In this document: one piece after another, positions 25,062-36,200 of the stretch
Layout of the letters: every line of letters starts with the position of its first letter
Numbering within the stretch: position 1 is the stretch's first letter
NCBI GenBank assembly: GCA_013239625.1
Contig: MU053559.1
Coordinates: forward strand, 310,001-374,000
DNA: 64,000 nucleotides
From: Lama guanicoe
Taxonomy: Eukaryota
Reading direction: 5' to 3'
Translations under genes and position numbers: made by a program
The notes under the pieces: model-generated
What the model was told of the DNA's origin: nothing
Database searches by the model: none
What the model saw: the letters and a program-made list of their open reading frames with translations, nothing else

Positions 25062-25067
25062 TTTATT
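25062..25067 (-). terminator. ERAS: ERAS polyadenylation signal AATAAA
   Basis: tttatt on the + strand about 220 nt downstream of the ERAS stop. Confidence 0.7.
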
Positions 25068-25286
25068 TAAGTTTGCACAAAATCTCTCAACTTGACATAA
25101 CATAACCAACACACTACAACTCACATTGTCAAAAAGCCCATCACCAAATGAAAACCTCTCCAGGAGAGGGTCCATCTATCCCCAGTACACCAACAGTGTC
25201 CCACACAGCTACTTGCTCTGGGAGTCTCATGTGAAGGAACCACCACCCTGGTTTGGGAGAGGGTCCACTTTTCTAGACCAAAATCT

Positions 25287-25988
25287 TCAGGCCACAGAGC
25301 AGCCACAGCGGCACATGGCCTTATGGTGCCGGGCTTTATCCCCACCTGGCCCTGTCATGGCCTCCTTTGCCATGGCCTCCCGGACTCTTTGGATCTCATG
25401 GATGAGCAGGGAAAAGGCCTCCTCCACACCTTGGCGTGTCTTGGCTGAGGTCTCCACGAAAGGGGCCCCCCAGCTCTTTGCGAGGGCTGCAGCCGCGGCA
25501 TGAGCATCTCCGGTGGTGGTCACCAGGTCACACTTGTTGCCCACAAGGACGAGGGGCTGGGTGTGGTGAGGGCCCCAGGTGGCCCGCATCTGCTGCAGCT
25601 GGGCTAGAGACGAGGGGTCATCGAGGGCGAAGACACCCAGCACACCATCCCCAATCGCCACACACTGGTCACGCAGCGCCCGATGAGTGGCCTGCCCTGC
25701 CGTATCCAGCACGTTCAGAATGCAGCCTCCGTGGTCCAGGGCCATCTCCTTCCAGTAGGAATCCTGGATCGTGGGGTCGTGGTCTTCCACGAAACACTGG
25801 TGGTTCAGCTGGATGGTCAGCGCGCTCTTGCCCACACCACTTGCGCCTACCACCACTGCCTTGTACTCAGGCAGCTTTTTGCCAACACCCCTGGAGGGTG
25901 CCCGAGCCCTGTGGCTCTGCTCCTGGGAGCTGGGGCTCCATGTGCCCAGGCCCAGATCAAACATGCTCGGCTTTGTTGGCAGCGCCAT
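25287..25988 (-). CDS. ERAS: ERas, ES cell-expressed Ras GTPase, single coding exon, 233 aa
   Basis: [15 protein letters not shown]-terminal extension, P-loop GASGVGKS (Ser at the Ras G12 position), effector loop [24 protein letters not shown] and C-terminal CRCGCSVA (CAAX). A splice acceptor (pyrimidine tract + cag) puts the exon start at 26030. Confidence 0.96.
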   Translation of the reverse strand: MALPTKPSMFDLGLGTWSPSSQEQSHRARAPSRGVGKKLPEYKAVVVGASGVGKSALTIQLNHQCFVEDHDPTIQDSYWKEMALDHGGCILNVLDTAGQATHRALRDQCVAIGDGVLGVFALDDPSSLAQLQQMRATWGPHHTQPLVLVGNKCDLVTTTGDAHAAAAALAKSWGAPFVETSAKTRQGVEEAFSLLIHEIQRVREAMAKEAMTGPGGDKARHHKAMCRCGCSVA

Positions 25989-26559
25989 GCCCCCAGTGGG
26001 CAGCTCAGGGAAGAGATGTGGATGGCAGGCCTGCAAGCAGGAAGAGAAGAAAGACAGCAGGGGTGAGGTGGGGCAGGAGGTTAGGTGAGACCATTTAGTG
26101 GCAAAGGGACTGCTGGGTGTCATTGAATCAACCTTTACTGAGTGTGTAGTGTGTGCTAATCACCTAAAATACTATTATTTATGTTGTTTATTCTCTCATT
26201 CCCTTTTCCAACATAAACTGTGTGAAGGCAGGGACTTTTTAAAAAATATGTTTTGACAGAAATAGACTCACAGACATAGAATATAAACTTGTGGTTGCCA
26301 AGGGGGCGGGGGGTGGGAAGAGATAAACTGGGATTTCAAAATTGTAGAATAAACAAGATTATACTGTATAGCACAGGGAAATATATACAAGATCTTATGG
26401 CAGCTCACAGAGAAAAAAATGTGACAATGAAAATATATATGTTCATGTATAACTGAAAAATTGTGCTCTACACTGGAATTTGACACAACATTGTAAAATG
26501 ATTATAAATCTATAAAAAATGTTTAAAAAAATAAAGTTTTGAAGAGTGATTTATGTAGG

Positions 26560-26683
26560 TTTTTTTTTTGTGGAGGAGGGAGGTAATTAGGTTTATTTAT
26601 TTATTTTTAGGGGAGGTACTGGGGATTGAACCCAAGACCTCCTGCATGCTAAGCATACGCTCTAACACTTGACCTATACCCTA
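26560..26683 (-). mobile_element. vic-1-like SINE in the ERAS intron
   Basis: Antisense head, ggtaattagg motif, (ttta)n and T tail. Confidence 0.85.
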
Positions 26684-27899
26684 CCGCCCCGTCCCCGACA
26701 GGGATTTTTAAAAACAGCTTTATTAATTTATATACTGTAAAGTTAATCTAGCCAAGGTGTACAATTCAATGCTTTTTAGTTCCTTCATGGAGTTGTGTGA
26801 CAATCTCCATAATCTAATTTTAGAACATTTCCATCACCCGGAAAAGAAACCCCTCCTCCACTAGCAGTCCCTCCCCATTCCGGAGGGAGGGCAGGGATTC
26901 CGTCAGTTTTGATTTCAGATTGTGTCACTGTTGGATCCCAGCCCGGCACGGTGCCAGTCATAGTTTATCCTGAGCAACATTCCTGCCCCCAGGGAGTTTA
27001 TGTTCTAAAAGGTGGGGACAATAAACCAAATCCGTAAGCAAATTATGAGGTCTGTTAGCCATTATCATTGCAATTTAGTCTTTATTACTCATGCAACACA
27101 CAGCTATTGAGAACCTACTGTGTGGCAAGGACAAAAGAGGTGGGGAAAAAAATAAGATAACAAACCCCGTCTCTCAGGAACGTGACATTCTAGTCAGGAA
27201 GACGGACTGACGGACAACAGCAAAGTTTCAGCAGTAGGTGATAAGCCTTGGGAGGTGCTGGGTTAACGTTAGGCATTTCTATTATAATTTAATTTTCTTT
27301 CATTAATTGAAGGATCTTCCCGCTCGCCAGGCATTGTGATGGGTGCGGGTGGGGGGCGGGGATAGGGCCCGAGAACAAAATAGACTAAAGTCCCTGCCCT
27401 TGGGGGGATTAGATTCTGGAAGTGAGAAAGAGACAATAAACAAGATAAGCAAGTAAATTACCATGTAGTTAGAAGAGGATGGGCACCCAGCAGGTGCTCA
27501 ATTAGTGTGCACTATTAATAGCAAGTCACCATTAACGCATTCAATACACATCCTCGTCTCGGTTCGGTGTGTGGCCTCAGGAAATGCATCATAAAAGCAG
27601 AGGTCCTAGTCTCCCGGGAAGCCCTGGGGCAGTGGCATCTGGGGTGGCGAGGGGAGGGGGGAGGTGTCCATGGAGGGTTCGGCCGAGTTTGGGATCTGGG
27701 GTCAGAGTTGGGGGGCCGGGTCCCAGGTGGGGATGTTGCCCACGCTGGCCCAGAAAGGAGGGGGCCGCGATGGGGAGATGTGAGCTGGGGACAGAGCTCA
27801 GGCGTTGCGCCCTGTGTGGGGGCATAAGATGTGGCTGTGAGGATAGCCTGGGTGAGAGGGAGGCACCTGCAGGAGAGGTGGATCTTGGGGACATTCTGA

Positions 27900-28860
27900 G
27901 ACGGGCCTGACTGGGTGGCTGAGGGACCGGAGGGTGGGGAGGGGTCCGGACGGCGGGAGACGTGAGGCGCCCTGACCCGGGGCCGGGGCGGGCTGGGCCG
28001 GGTACGGGGCCCTGGCTCTGGGCGCCAGCGGCCGGGAACCAAGAGCCCACCCGCGCAGCGGCGGGGACCGGCCCTGGGTCACACAGCCCATTGCCAGGTG
28101 GCACGGGAACTGCGGGGCCAAGTGCTCGCGGAGCATCGTCGGGAACGCCTTCCCCACGGCCCGGGTCGGGTCGCCCGGACCCAGTCCCTGGTGTCGCCTC
28201 CCTGACCTCAGGGAAGCCCACCCCGAGAGTGGCCTCTTCCACCCCGTCCAGGGTCGGCCCGGACCCCGCACCACGTCGGTCACGCATCCCCTGACTAAGT
28301 CCGGGTGGCTGGCTGGCGGGGAGGGGGGACCCGAGTTTCACCCTGAAACCGAGACCCGGTGCTCGGCCCAAGCCTCCCTGCCCGGCGCCCACACCCTCGC
28401 CAAGGCGGGTTCTTATAATGGCGGCCCTCGGGGGCGGGAAGAGGATGGTGGTCCCCGAGGCGGGGAGGCGGCGGGGGAGGGGTCCCCTCACTCACGACCT
28501 AGGCCGCACTCCCACAACCCTGAGTGGAAAGTCCTCCCAGATCGAGGCCGGGGCTGGGGGCCCAGGAGGCCCAGCTCACCTCTGTCCCGGGAAGGCTGGT
28601 GTCGCTGGGACCCGAACTCGCCGCCGCTCTGACAGGACTGACAGGGGAGGAGATGCTCGCACCTCTTCCCGGCGGAGGACTGCGGAGGAGGAGGGAGTGC
28701 GCATGCGCGGCGGGCTGCCCTCAGGCCCCTCCGGCGGGAGCACCCCCGCCCCCAGGTGAGCGCCGGGTCACCGCCCGCCCGCAAGTGTGCGCCAGGTGGT
28801 CTCGCGATGCGTCGTGAGCACGGACTCCTCTGTGTGCCCGCTGCATCCTGCTGCACTTCT
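27900..28860. promoter_or_regulatory. ERAS: CpG island, probable ERAS promoter and non-coding exon 1
   Basis: CpG-dense. NRF1-type TGCGCATGCGCG at 28698-28709, YY1-type ATAATGGCGGC at 28415-28425, and minus-strand donors GAG|GTGAGC (exon end 28580) and GTC|GTGAGT (exon end 28496). Confidence 0.7.
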
Positions 28861-29862
28861 TCCTTACCTTGCCCCCATCTGGGACGGGATTTCGTGTTTT
28901 TAGTGTGTGGAGGATGTCAGATTTTTGACCTGAGTGTCCAGACTTTGTGAAATGTTTGGAGAGGGCCTCTGAGGCCCCGGAGTTTGCACTGCCTCAAGCA
29001 GGCTTTTTGGTAGCTCGGGAGAGGGTTGTATCCATTCCTGGAGGGAGAGAGTTGCTAAGAGTTACTCTGTAAAGGCAGAAAAGAACCTGATTTGAGGTGG
29101 ATGCGTCTCAAGCTAAAACATTTCTTAAGACTCCCTTGCAGCTATGACAGTCATGTGACACAGTTCTGACTAATGAAATGTAAGCAGGGGTTGTAGGGCA
29201 GGGACATCCAGAATGCTCCTTCAAAGGAGGATGACTGAGCTGGCCAGCAGCCTCCTTCCCTTTCCCCAGTCCCCTAGTCTTGATTGGGTGGGGCTCTGGT
29301 GGTCATCTTGGGGTCATAGGGTAGCCATGAAGAAAAGTCCAGGAAACCTCAGCCCAGGCTCCTTTGAGTTGCCAAAGTAATTCTTATTATGTGGGAGAAA
29401 TAAAACCCCCAAATTATCCTCCAATTCCCCACCCTTGCTCAATAGTAGGCACTTCCCCCAGGAAGCTACCCATGACCACCAAATCTAAGTATGTTAAACC
29501 TGGACCCTTGTCCCTCCAGTCCCCAATCAAGACAGACAGATAGGGAGACTGAGGCCTAGTGACGACACTTTGTGATAGTTTTCTTGCCTTCCGAGCCCAG
29601 AATGTAGCTGGGACTGGCTGTGAGTTTCCTATTTGTAAAGCAGGCACTCATTTTCTCACAAGATTCCACCATTTACTCTCTTATGGAGCCAAATTGCTTG
29701 CTGTATTTCCAGTTAGTATTTCAGGGCACTGGATGAGCAGGGGGTCAACCCAATAAAGATCCGTACCCTCATTTCTTCATTACTCACTAGCCGTGTTGGC
29801 CAGAAGTGTGGAGTTCTCTACCCAAAGTTAAAGGCTTTCTCCAGATTTGCAACAACTTGTAC

Positions 29863-29868
29863 TTTATT
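29863..29868 (-). terminator. HDAC6: HDAC6 polyadenylation signal AATAAA
   Basis: tttatt on the + strand about 335 nt after the stop codon. Confidence 0.8.
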
Positions 29869-30200
29869 ACATATGCAACCCCGCCAATACCTGCCAGTTG
29901 ATCCCCCCTCCCTCTAAAGTATCATCTTTATGATATGAGCCCTGTCTTGGGGCCGCTGAGCTGCCCCACTTTCCTTCTGGCAGAGTAGATGGAGTCCCTC
30001 GAGCAGGCAGGGGGAGATCTCCAACTGATCATCACAGTCTGCGTACAAGTATTTACACTTAAATCAGCACCCTTGGGGAGTTGTAAAGGGTCTTCAGGAT
30101 CAGAAGGATTGAGGCTGCCCCTCATCCAAGATACAGGTTGGAATGAACTAAGGCTGGTCTTTCTTGGGCTTCAGAGGTGAAGAGCAGCACATTCTGGGAT

Positions 30201-33200
30201 TTAGTGTGAGTGGGGCAAATCCTCCCCAAACTTGTTCTGGTAGGCGATGTTCTTCACGGCTAGGAGAGCCTGAGGAGGAGGCAAGAGAGTGGCGGAGTCA
30301 AGAGAGTGAGCACCCTCCTACTGCAGCCAGGAGGCTGCCCCCGCTCCAGCCCTTCACCGCCTTGTCTCTTGGACTAGCCCGCATGCAGAAGGGTCTCTAT
30401 TTGCCCCTAAGGGTGTGTGTGTATGGGGGTGGGGGTGAGTGTGCACGTGTTAGAGGGTCTACCCAGGGCCCACCTCGTGATGGACATAGGCCTGACAGCG
30501 GTAACACCAGGCAGACAGGTCAGCATAGCTGAGTACCAGCGGGTGTCCCGAGCCTTCATGGTGTTGGAGCATATGGCCGTTGACGTAACGACCGCAGTAG
30601 ACCTGAGGTTGGGGAGCAAGTATTGGGTGGGGATCAGCACCCACCTGTGGTTTGCTCCTGGGCCAGCCTCCACCCCATCCCCTTCCTTAGCTGCATACCT
30701 GATAGCAAGACAGACACACCCAGTTCTCCTGGTGTGTTCCACAGTCCTGACAGGGTTGGGTCACACTGAGGCCTGCTTCAGGTGTGGGGCATACTGCCAC
30801 CAAATGGGGACACCAGGGGAGTGGCGTCACAGCATAAAACATGACCTGGGGTAGGTGAAACTGAGTCAGCTAGGGACTCCATCTTCCCATCAAATGTTCC
30901 TATATCACATGCGCCCAGGTAGAGGAAGAAACAGGTGAGAGAAGGGAGCCACTGTTCCCACCTCTCCCTGACCTCACCTGGTCAGTGTCAGCATGGTCTC
31001 CAAAGACCTGCGTCAGCACTGATTCATCCGTGTCCTGACCTCCAGCTGCCTCTCCTAGTAGCCCCTTCTCTTCGGGGGGTTCCTATACACACAGAGGTTA
31101 AGAGATGTATCCAGGAGGCCCAGTTCTTGTCTCTTCTTCCCCCTACCTGAGTGTGGTGGGCCTTACCTGAGGCTCACTGTCCAGTTCCAAGGTCCTGAGA
31201 TTCCCAATCAGCTTACGGGGGGATCGCTCCTGGGTTGTGGCTCTTTGTACGGGTGAGGTGGGAGGAGTCTGGTTGACAGGGCATGAGGCTGGAGGGTTCT
31301 GGATCGGCTCAGCTCCCCCTGTTGCCTCTTCCGAGGTGGTCTGGTCCAGTGTGGCTCCTCCTATGGCTGCCTCTGAGGACTGGTCCTGAGTGAGCTCCAC
31401 CACAGCTGTCTCTGAAGCGGACTCTTTCACGGATGATGCTGAAGTGGCCTTTCCCAGGCCTGCATCCAGAATGTTCCCTTCTGGCATGGTCAACCCTTTG
31501 GCTGACCCAGGATGGGCTGGTTGGGGTGACTTCTTGGTGATCAACTCAGAACTGGAGGGTCCCTCTTTGTCTTCGACCTCTGGAACCATGAGAGGGAGAT
31601 CCTTGAGTGTGGGTGCTACCCTCTCTCCCGCCTCTAATCCTTGCCCTCCCCTGAGCCCCCACTGCCCTCAATTCCCCATGCCCACTCACTCATGACCCGC
31701 AAGCTGCGCCAGTATCTGCGATGGACTTGGATGGTCTCAGCGATTGAGGCCAGGGCCCCTGATAGTGGGGGCCGCAGGAGGGTCAGCATGGGGAGCGGAT
31801 CCCCAAGGAGGGAACGGGTGCATGCAGCCATGGACTCCGAGATGGATGTCAGATTATAGCCACCCTTTGTTAAGGAAAAGAGGAGGGAAAGGTATGATTG
31901 CCAGCGAGTCCTCAGGGAATTTGGGAGACAAGATGACCTGCCTTCCAATCTCCCTTTGGGTCCACAGCACAAGAACCCACAATCTGTCAGATGGGCAGCA
32001 CCCACTGTGTGAAGTGGTTGTTGAGGGGGATAAACTGTGATGTAAAGTGCAAGATAAAAACCACAACAATAGCAGTATTCACGGCAATGTTAGTAAGAGC
32101 TGACCTTCATTAAATGCTTGCTGTGTGCCAGGCCCTACTCTAAGTACTGAATCCCACAACCACATGTACTCAAGTTCCCATGGCCCCGCCACACAGGAGC
32201 CCTTGCCCTGACCTGGTACATGGACAACTGGTTTTCTCTCTACACGAACCTCTGTCCTAACCTGGTACAGGAACCCCCCCTTCTCTCACTTTATAGGAAC
32301 CCCCCAGTCTCTGCTCTTTGCAGATTAAAAATCTGAGGCTCAGAGTGGTTAGATGGCTTGTCTGAGATCATGACAGCTGTTAAGAGGTAGCGCTGAGGTT
32401 GGAACCTGGGCCATGTGATTAAAGAGTCCACTACCCTGTCCCGCCACAAGCAGGCCTGGGTGCACAGTGGGACATTTTACCAGGCAGTTAATCTCTCTGT
32501 AACTTATTCTCCTTGTCTGTAAAGGAGTAAAAATAACAGCACAGAAGGTTGCTGAGAGGGTTAAACTAATGTGTGAACAATGTGTAAAAAGAAGCAGCCA
32601 CAGAATTTGTATTGTGTTTTCCATATGCCAGGCACCCCTCTGTGATTAGCCAGCTGCACCTTACAAATGAGGAAACTGAGGCACAGAGGGTGGGGTACTG
32701 AGTAATTTACAAAAGGTCAGTGAATTTACTTTGTCTCAGGAACTTGTTGGAGGCAGTTCCAGTAGTGGTAAAAAGCATAGGAAAAAATATATTTATATAC
32801 ACACACATACATATATGTGTCACTGAATCACTATGCTATACACCAGAAATTAACACAACATTGTAAATCAGCTATAATTCAACACAAAAAAAAAAGAAAA
32901 AAAAAAAGAAAAGACTCTGGAGTCAGGCTGCCTGGGTTCAAAGCCTGGCTCTGCCATTATTAAATATGTGACCTCAGGCCAGTTACTACACTTCTCTGTG
33001 CCTCAGTTTCCCTGATCTTGAGAGGAAAATGACGAGGTCAGCAGACCCTCCCTCATGAGACTGCTGTGTCGAATAAACATATTAATAACGCACGTAAAGT
33101 GCTGAGAAGTGTGTCTTGTACTTAGTGAGCGTGCAATTAAAGTTGCTACTGCTGGTATTATTATTAATGCCCAATGTGAGTCCACAAGCCCAGGTGGGGA

Positions 33201-36200
33201 CACTCAAAGGAGGTTTTAGGAAACAGCCCTGAGTGTCGCGGCCAGTCAGTAGAAAGGGTAGGGCCTCCCGACCACCCTCCCACTGCGGGAAGAGGGACAA
33301 AGAGAGTTACCTCTAGGATCAGGATAATGCGGCCATTGGCCAGGCCCATCAGCAGGTGGGTGAGGTGGGCATAGCCCTCAGGTGACACCTGGCAGCCACC
33401 CAGTGGGTCTCCCCGGGCAGCGTCAAAGCCAGCTGAGACCAGCACCAGCTCTGGATTAAACTGCGGCAGGGAGAGAAGAGACATAGGGGCATGTGGGTGG
33501 GGGCCTGAGGACGCAGCAGTTGAGGGAGACCCAGAGACATGGAGACCAGGACAAATGAAGACAGGGAGATGCAAGTCAGAGAGATGGAGACATGGGACCA
33601 GGAATCCAGGAGACACAAGACCAGGGCTTCAAAATGAGGGAGGGGAGGACATGGAGACACAAGAGAGACTTGGAGACGTGGACACATCAGACCAAGACCT
33701 AGAGACATGAGATACAGAGATATGGAGACACCAGAAATGGACTAGGATGGATGGGGACATGAAGTAGAGTTGTGAAACATGGAGACTAAGATGTCAAGAG
33801 ACAGTGACATGAGACACAGAGAAAGATATGTCCTCACATACATGCCCAAGTGTGAGACCAAGAGGCACATGCTCCCCTCCCTGGGTCAAACATGGGACAC
33901 ATGCACAACACAGGGCTTTATATACACAGCGCCAAAGAGAGGTGCAGACACACAGCACTATACATGGTACTAGTTACCTGCATGCATGCGCAATTTCTCA
34001 GGGAACAATAATCCACAGCTGCTCCGGCACAGACACAATCATATGCATGCCATCACCACAGTCACAATAGACACATGCACACTGTTGTGCCCACAGGAGG
34101 TGGTCTCTTGCACACAGTCACTCACATGATTTTACACAGTTACACACACACAGAAGGTAGTCACAGCCACTATGCAGTCAGACCCACGAACACATTTGAA
34201 CATGCACACCTGCACAGAGGTCACAGAGATGGCACTCATATTCACCTGCCCTCTGAGTCAGCTATGGGCACATGATCTGCCACAGACACCCACACTTTAT
34301 ACACAGAAGGCAGTTACCTACAGCCACTCATGCAGAGTCAGGCAAATATACACAGGTCACAGGAGACAGTCGGAGAGATGACTGTCATACATAGCCTCCC
34401 CCACACAGAAAGTCACACACCAGCTGTCACAGAGAGAGCAATGTGCAGTGACATACAACATCACACCCATCACACAGAGAAATGGCAGTGATGAAGAGGT
34501 GCCTATGCAGTTTCACACACACTCGAACCCCTCCCCACCTTGCATGTGCATTTCCACAGGGATGGCCATCACATGCGGCCACCATCACAGAGACAGGCAC
34601 TAGTGATGGTGTATACACAGGACACGTACGCAGCCAGGCACACCCCTAGGCAAGACCACTCCGGCCCTGTCAGAAGTCCCTCACAGTTACACACATAGAA
34701 GGTAGTCACTTACAGCCACTTTACACCGGCCCAAAGGCCCTCAGAGTCACATCGCCTCCCCCCAAACCATCACTACAGCCACCCACAGTCCCACCTGGGA
34801 GTCGGACACATGCACACTGCTGCCTCCCACACAGTCACCTACATCCTGAACCGTACCTCATAGGCAATGGGAAGCACCAGACGATGCCAGGCAGCCAGGT
34901 AGTCGGTGTCACCCATGCGGGACCCATTCCAGGCCACGTTGACGGTGAAGCCAGTGCCTGCAGCCTGACCTATCTGGCTGCTGGCGCCCTCATCCCCCAT
35001 GGGGAAGAAGGTACCATGATCATAGCGGTGCAGGGAAATGTAGAGCACGCTGCAGGGAGGGGGCAGGGAGGGGGCGCAGCTGGTTAGCCCCGGCACCCCT
35101 GAGACTTGGCCCGCCCACCTCCCTGCCCTAGCCCCTCACCTGGGGTCCTCCTCAAATATGTGCTGGGTTCCATTACCGTGATGGACATCCCAGTCCACAA
35201 TCAAGATCCTGGGGAGAGGACAGCGTCTCAGTTACCTGGGACACTCACCTCCTCGGGGAGGGCAGGGGCTAGATCCCTGGAGTCTCTGTGCAGGAACATT
35301 TATTGTAGGTGGCAGGACCCTGGGTCCCTGGGGAAAGCACTGGGTGACAGGCTCGTGGGTTCTATCAGAGTCCTAAGGGCTTCATGGTGGGCCCGAGCAA
35401 ATCCTCAGGGCCAGACTCCAGACCTTGTGTGGGTAAGCGCTGGGGGCTGGATCATGGGTCTTTTGAAGCAACGCCAGGGGCCTGGGCCCTGAGTTGTTGG
35501 GATAGCCATCAGGGGCCAGGAACTTGGGTGGCGAATCCTGGATTCCGTTTTATAAGTACCTGGGTGCCACAATCTATGGGTCTTATCTGGGTAAGCATTG
35601 AGAGGCTAGATCATTGATCCTTTTCTGGAAGCGTTGGGCAAATGGATTCTTGGTGTTTCTGGGTAACTTTAGGGGCCACACTATGGGACCTGCTAAGTAA
35701 GCACCGGGCTGGGGGGGCCCCTCACCGCAGCGCATGCCCACTGATGGCCTGGGCATGGCGAGCAGCCACAGCCACTGAGTTGAAAAAGCAGAAACCGCAA
35801 GCAGCATCCCGCTCTGCATGGTGTCCGGGGGGACGAACCACGGCAATACCATTCAAAACCTGGGGGAGGGGCAGGCAGCAAAGATTAGACCACCCACCCT
35901 CACAGCTTTCCCTTCCCTTTCTTCCCCACTTCCCTTTCTCCTGCCCACCAGCTGCTAGGGGCTCCCAGCCGTGTGGCCCCCACCCCTCAGGGTGCACTTC
36001 CCCGTGAGCAAGGCCTCCAGTGAGCTGGGGGGGCCCCTCCCTGTTGAGGACTGCTCCCCTCTCCCTTTCCTCAGCCCCAGCCCAACTCTCAGAGCTGCCT
36101 CTTTCCCCAGCCCCAGCCCCAGGACTTCCTCTCCCGAGCTGGAGCCAGCCCAAACCCGAGCCCCAGGTCTCCTCCCCAAAGTAGACGCACCTCTCCCGCC

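Noticed and set aside
25989..26123. 45-aa N-terminal extension of ERas in the 278-aa ORF
   Set aside because: It crosses the splice acceptor and pyrimidine tract at 26030/26031, so the upstream ATG is intronic. The 233-aa form matches the known ERas length.
27515..28856. Several overlapping 100-300 aa ORFs
   Set aside because: Stop-poor CpG-island sequence gives Pro/Arg/Gly-rich ORFs on both strands. The same applies at 19025-19898, 22712-24074 and 48542-49120.
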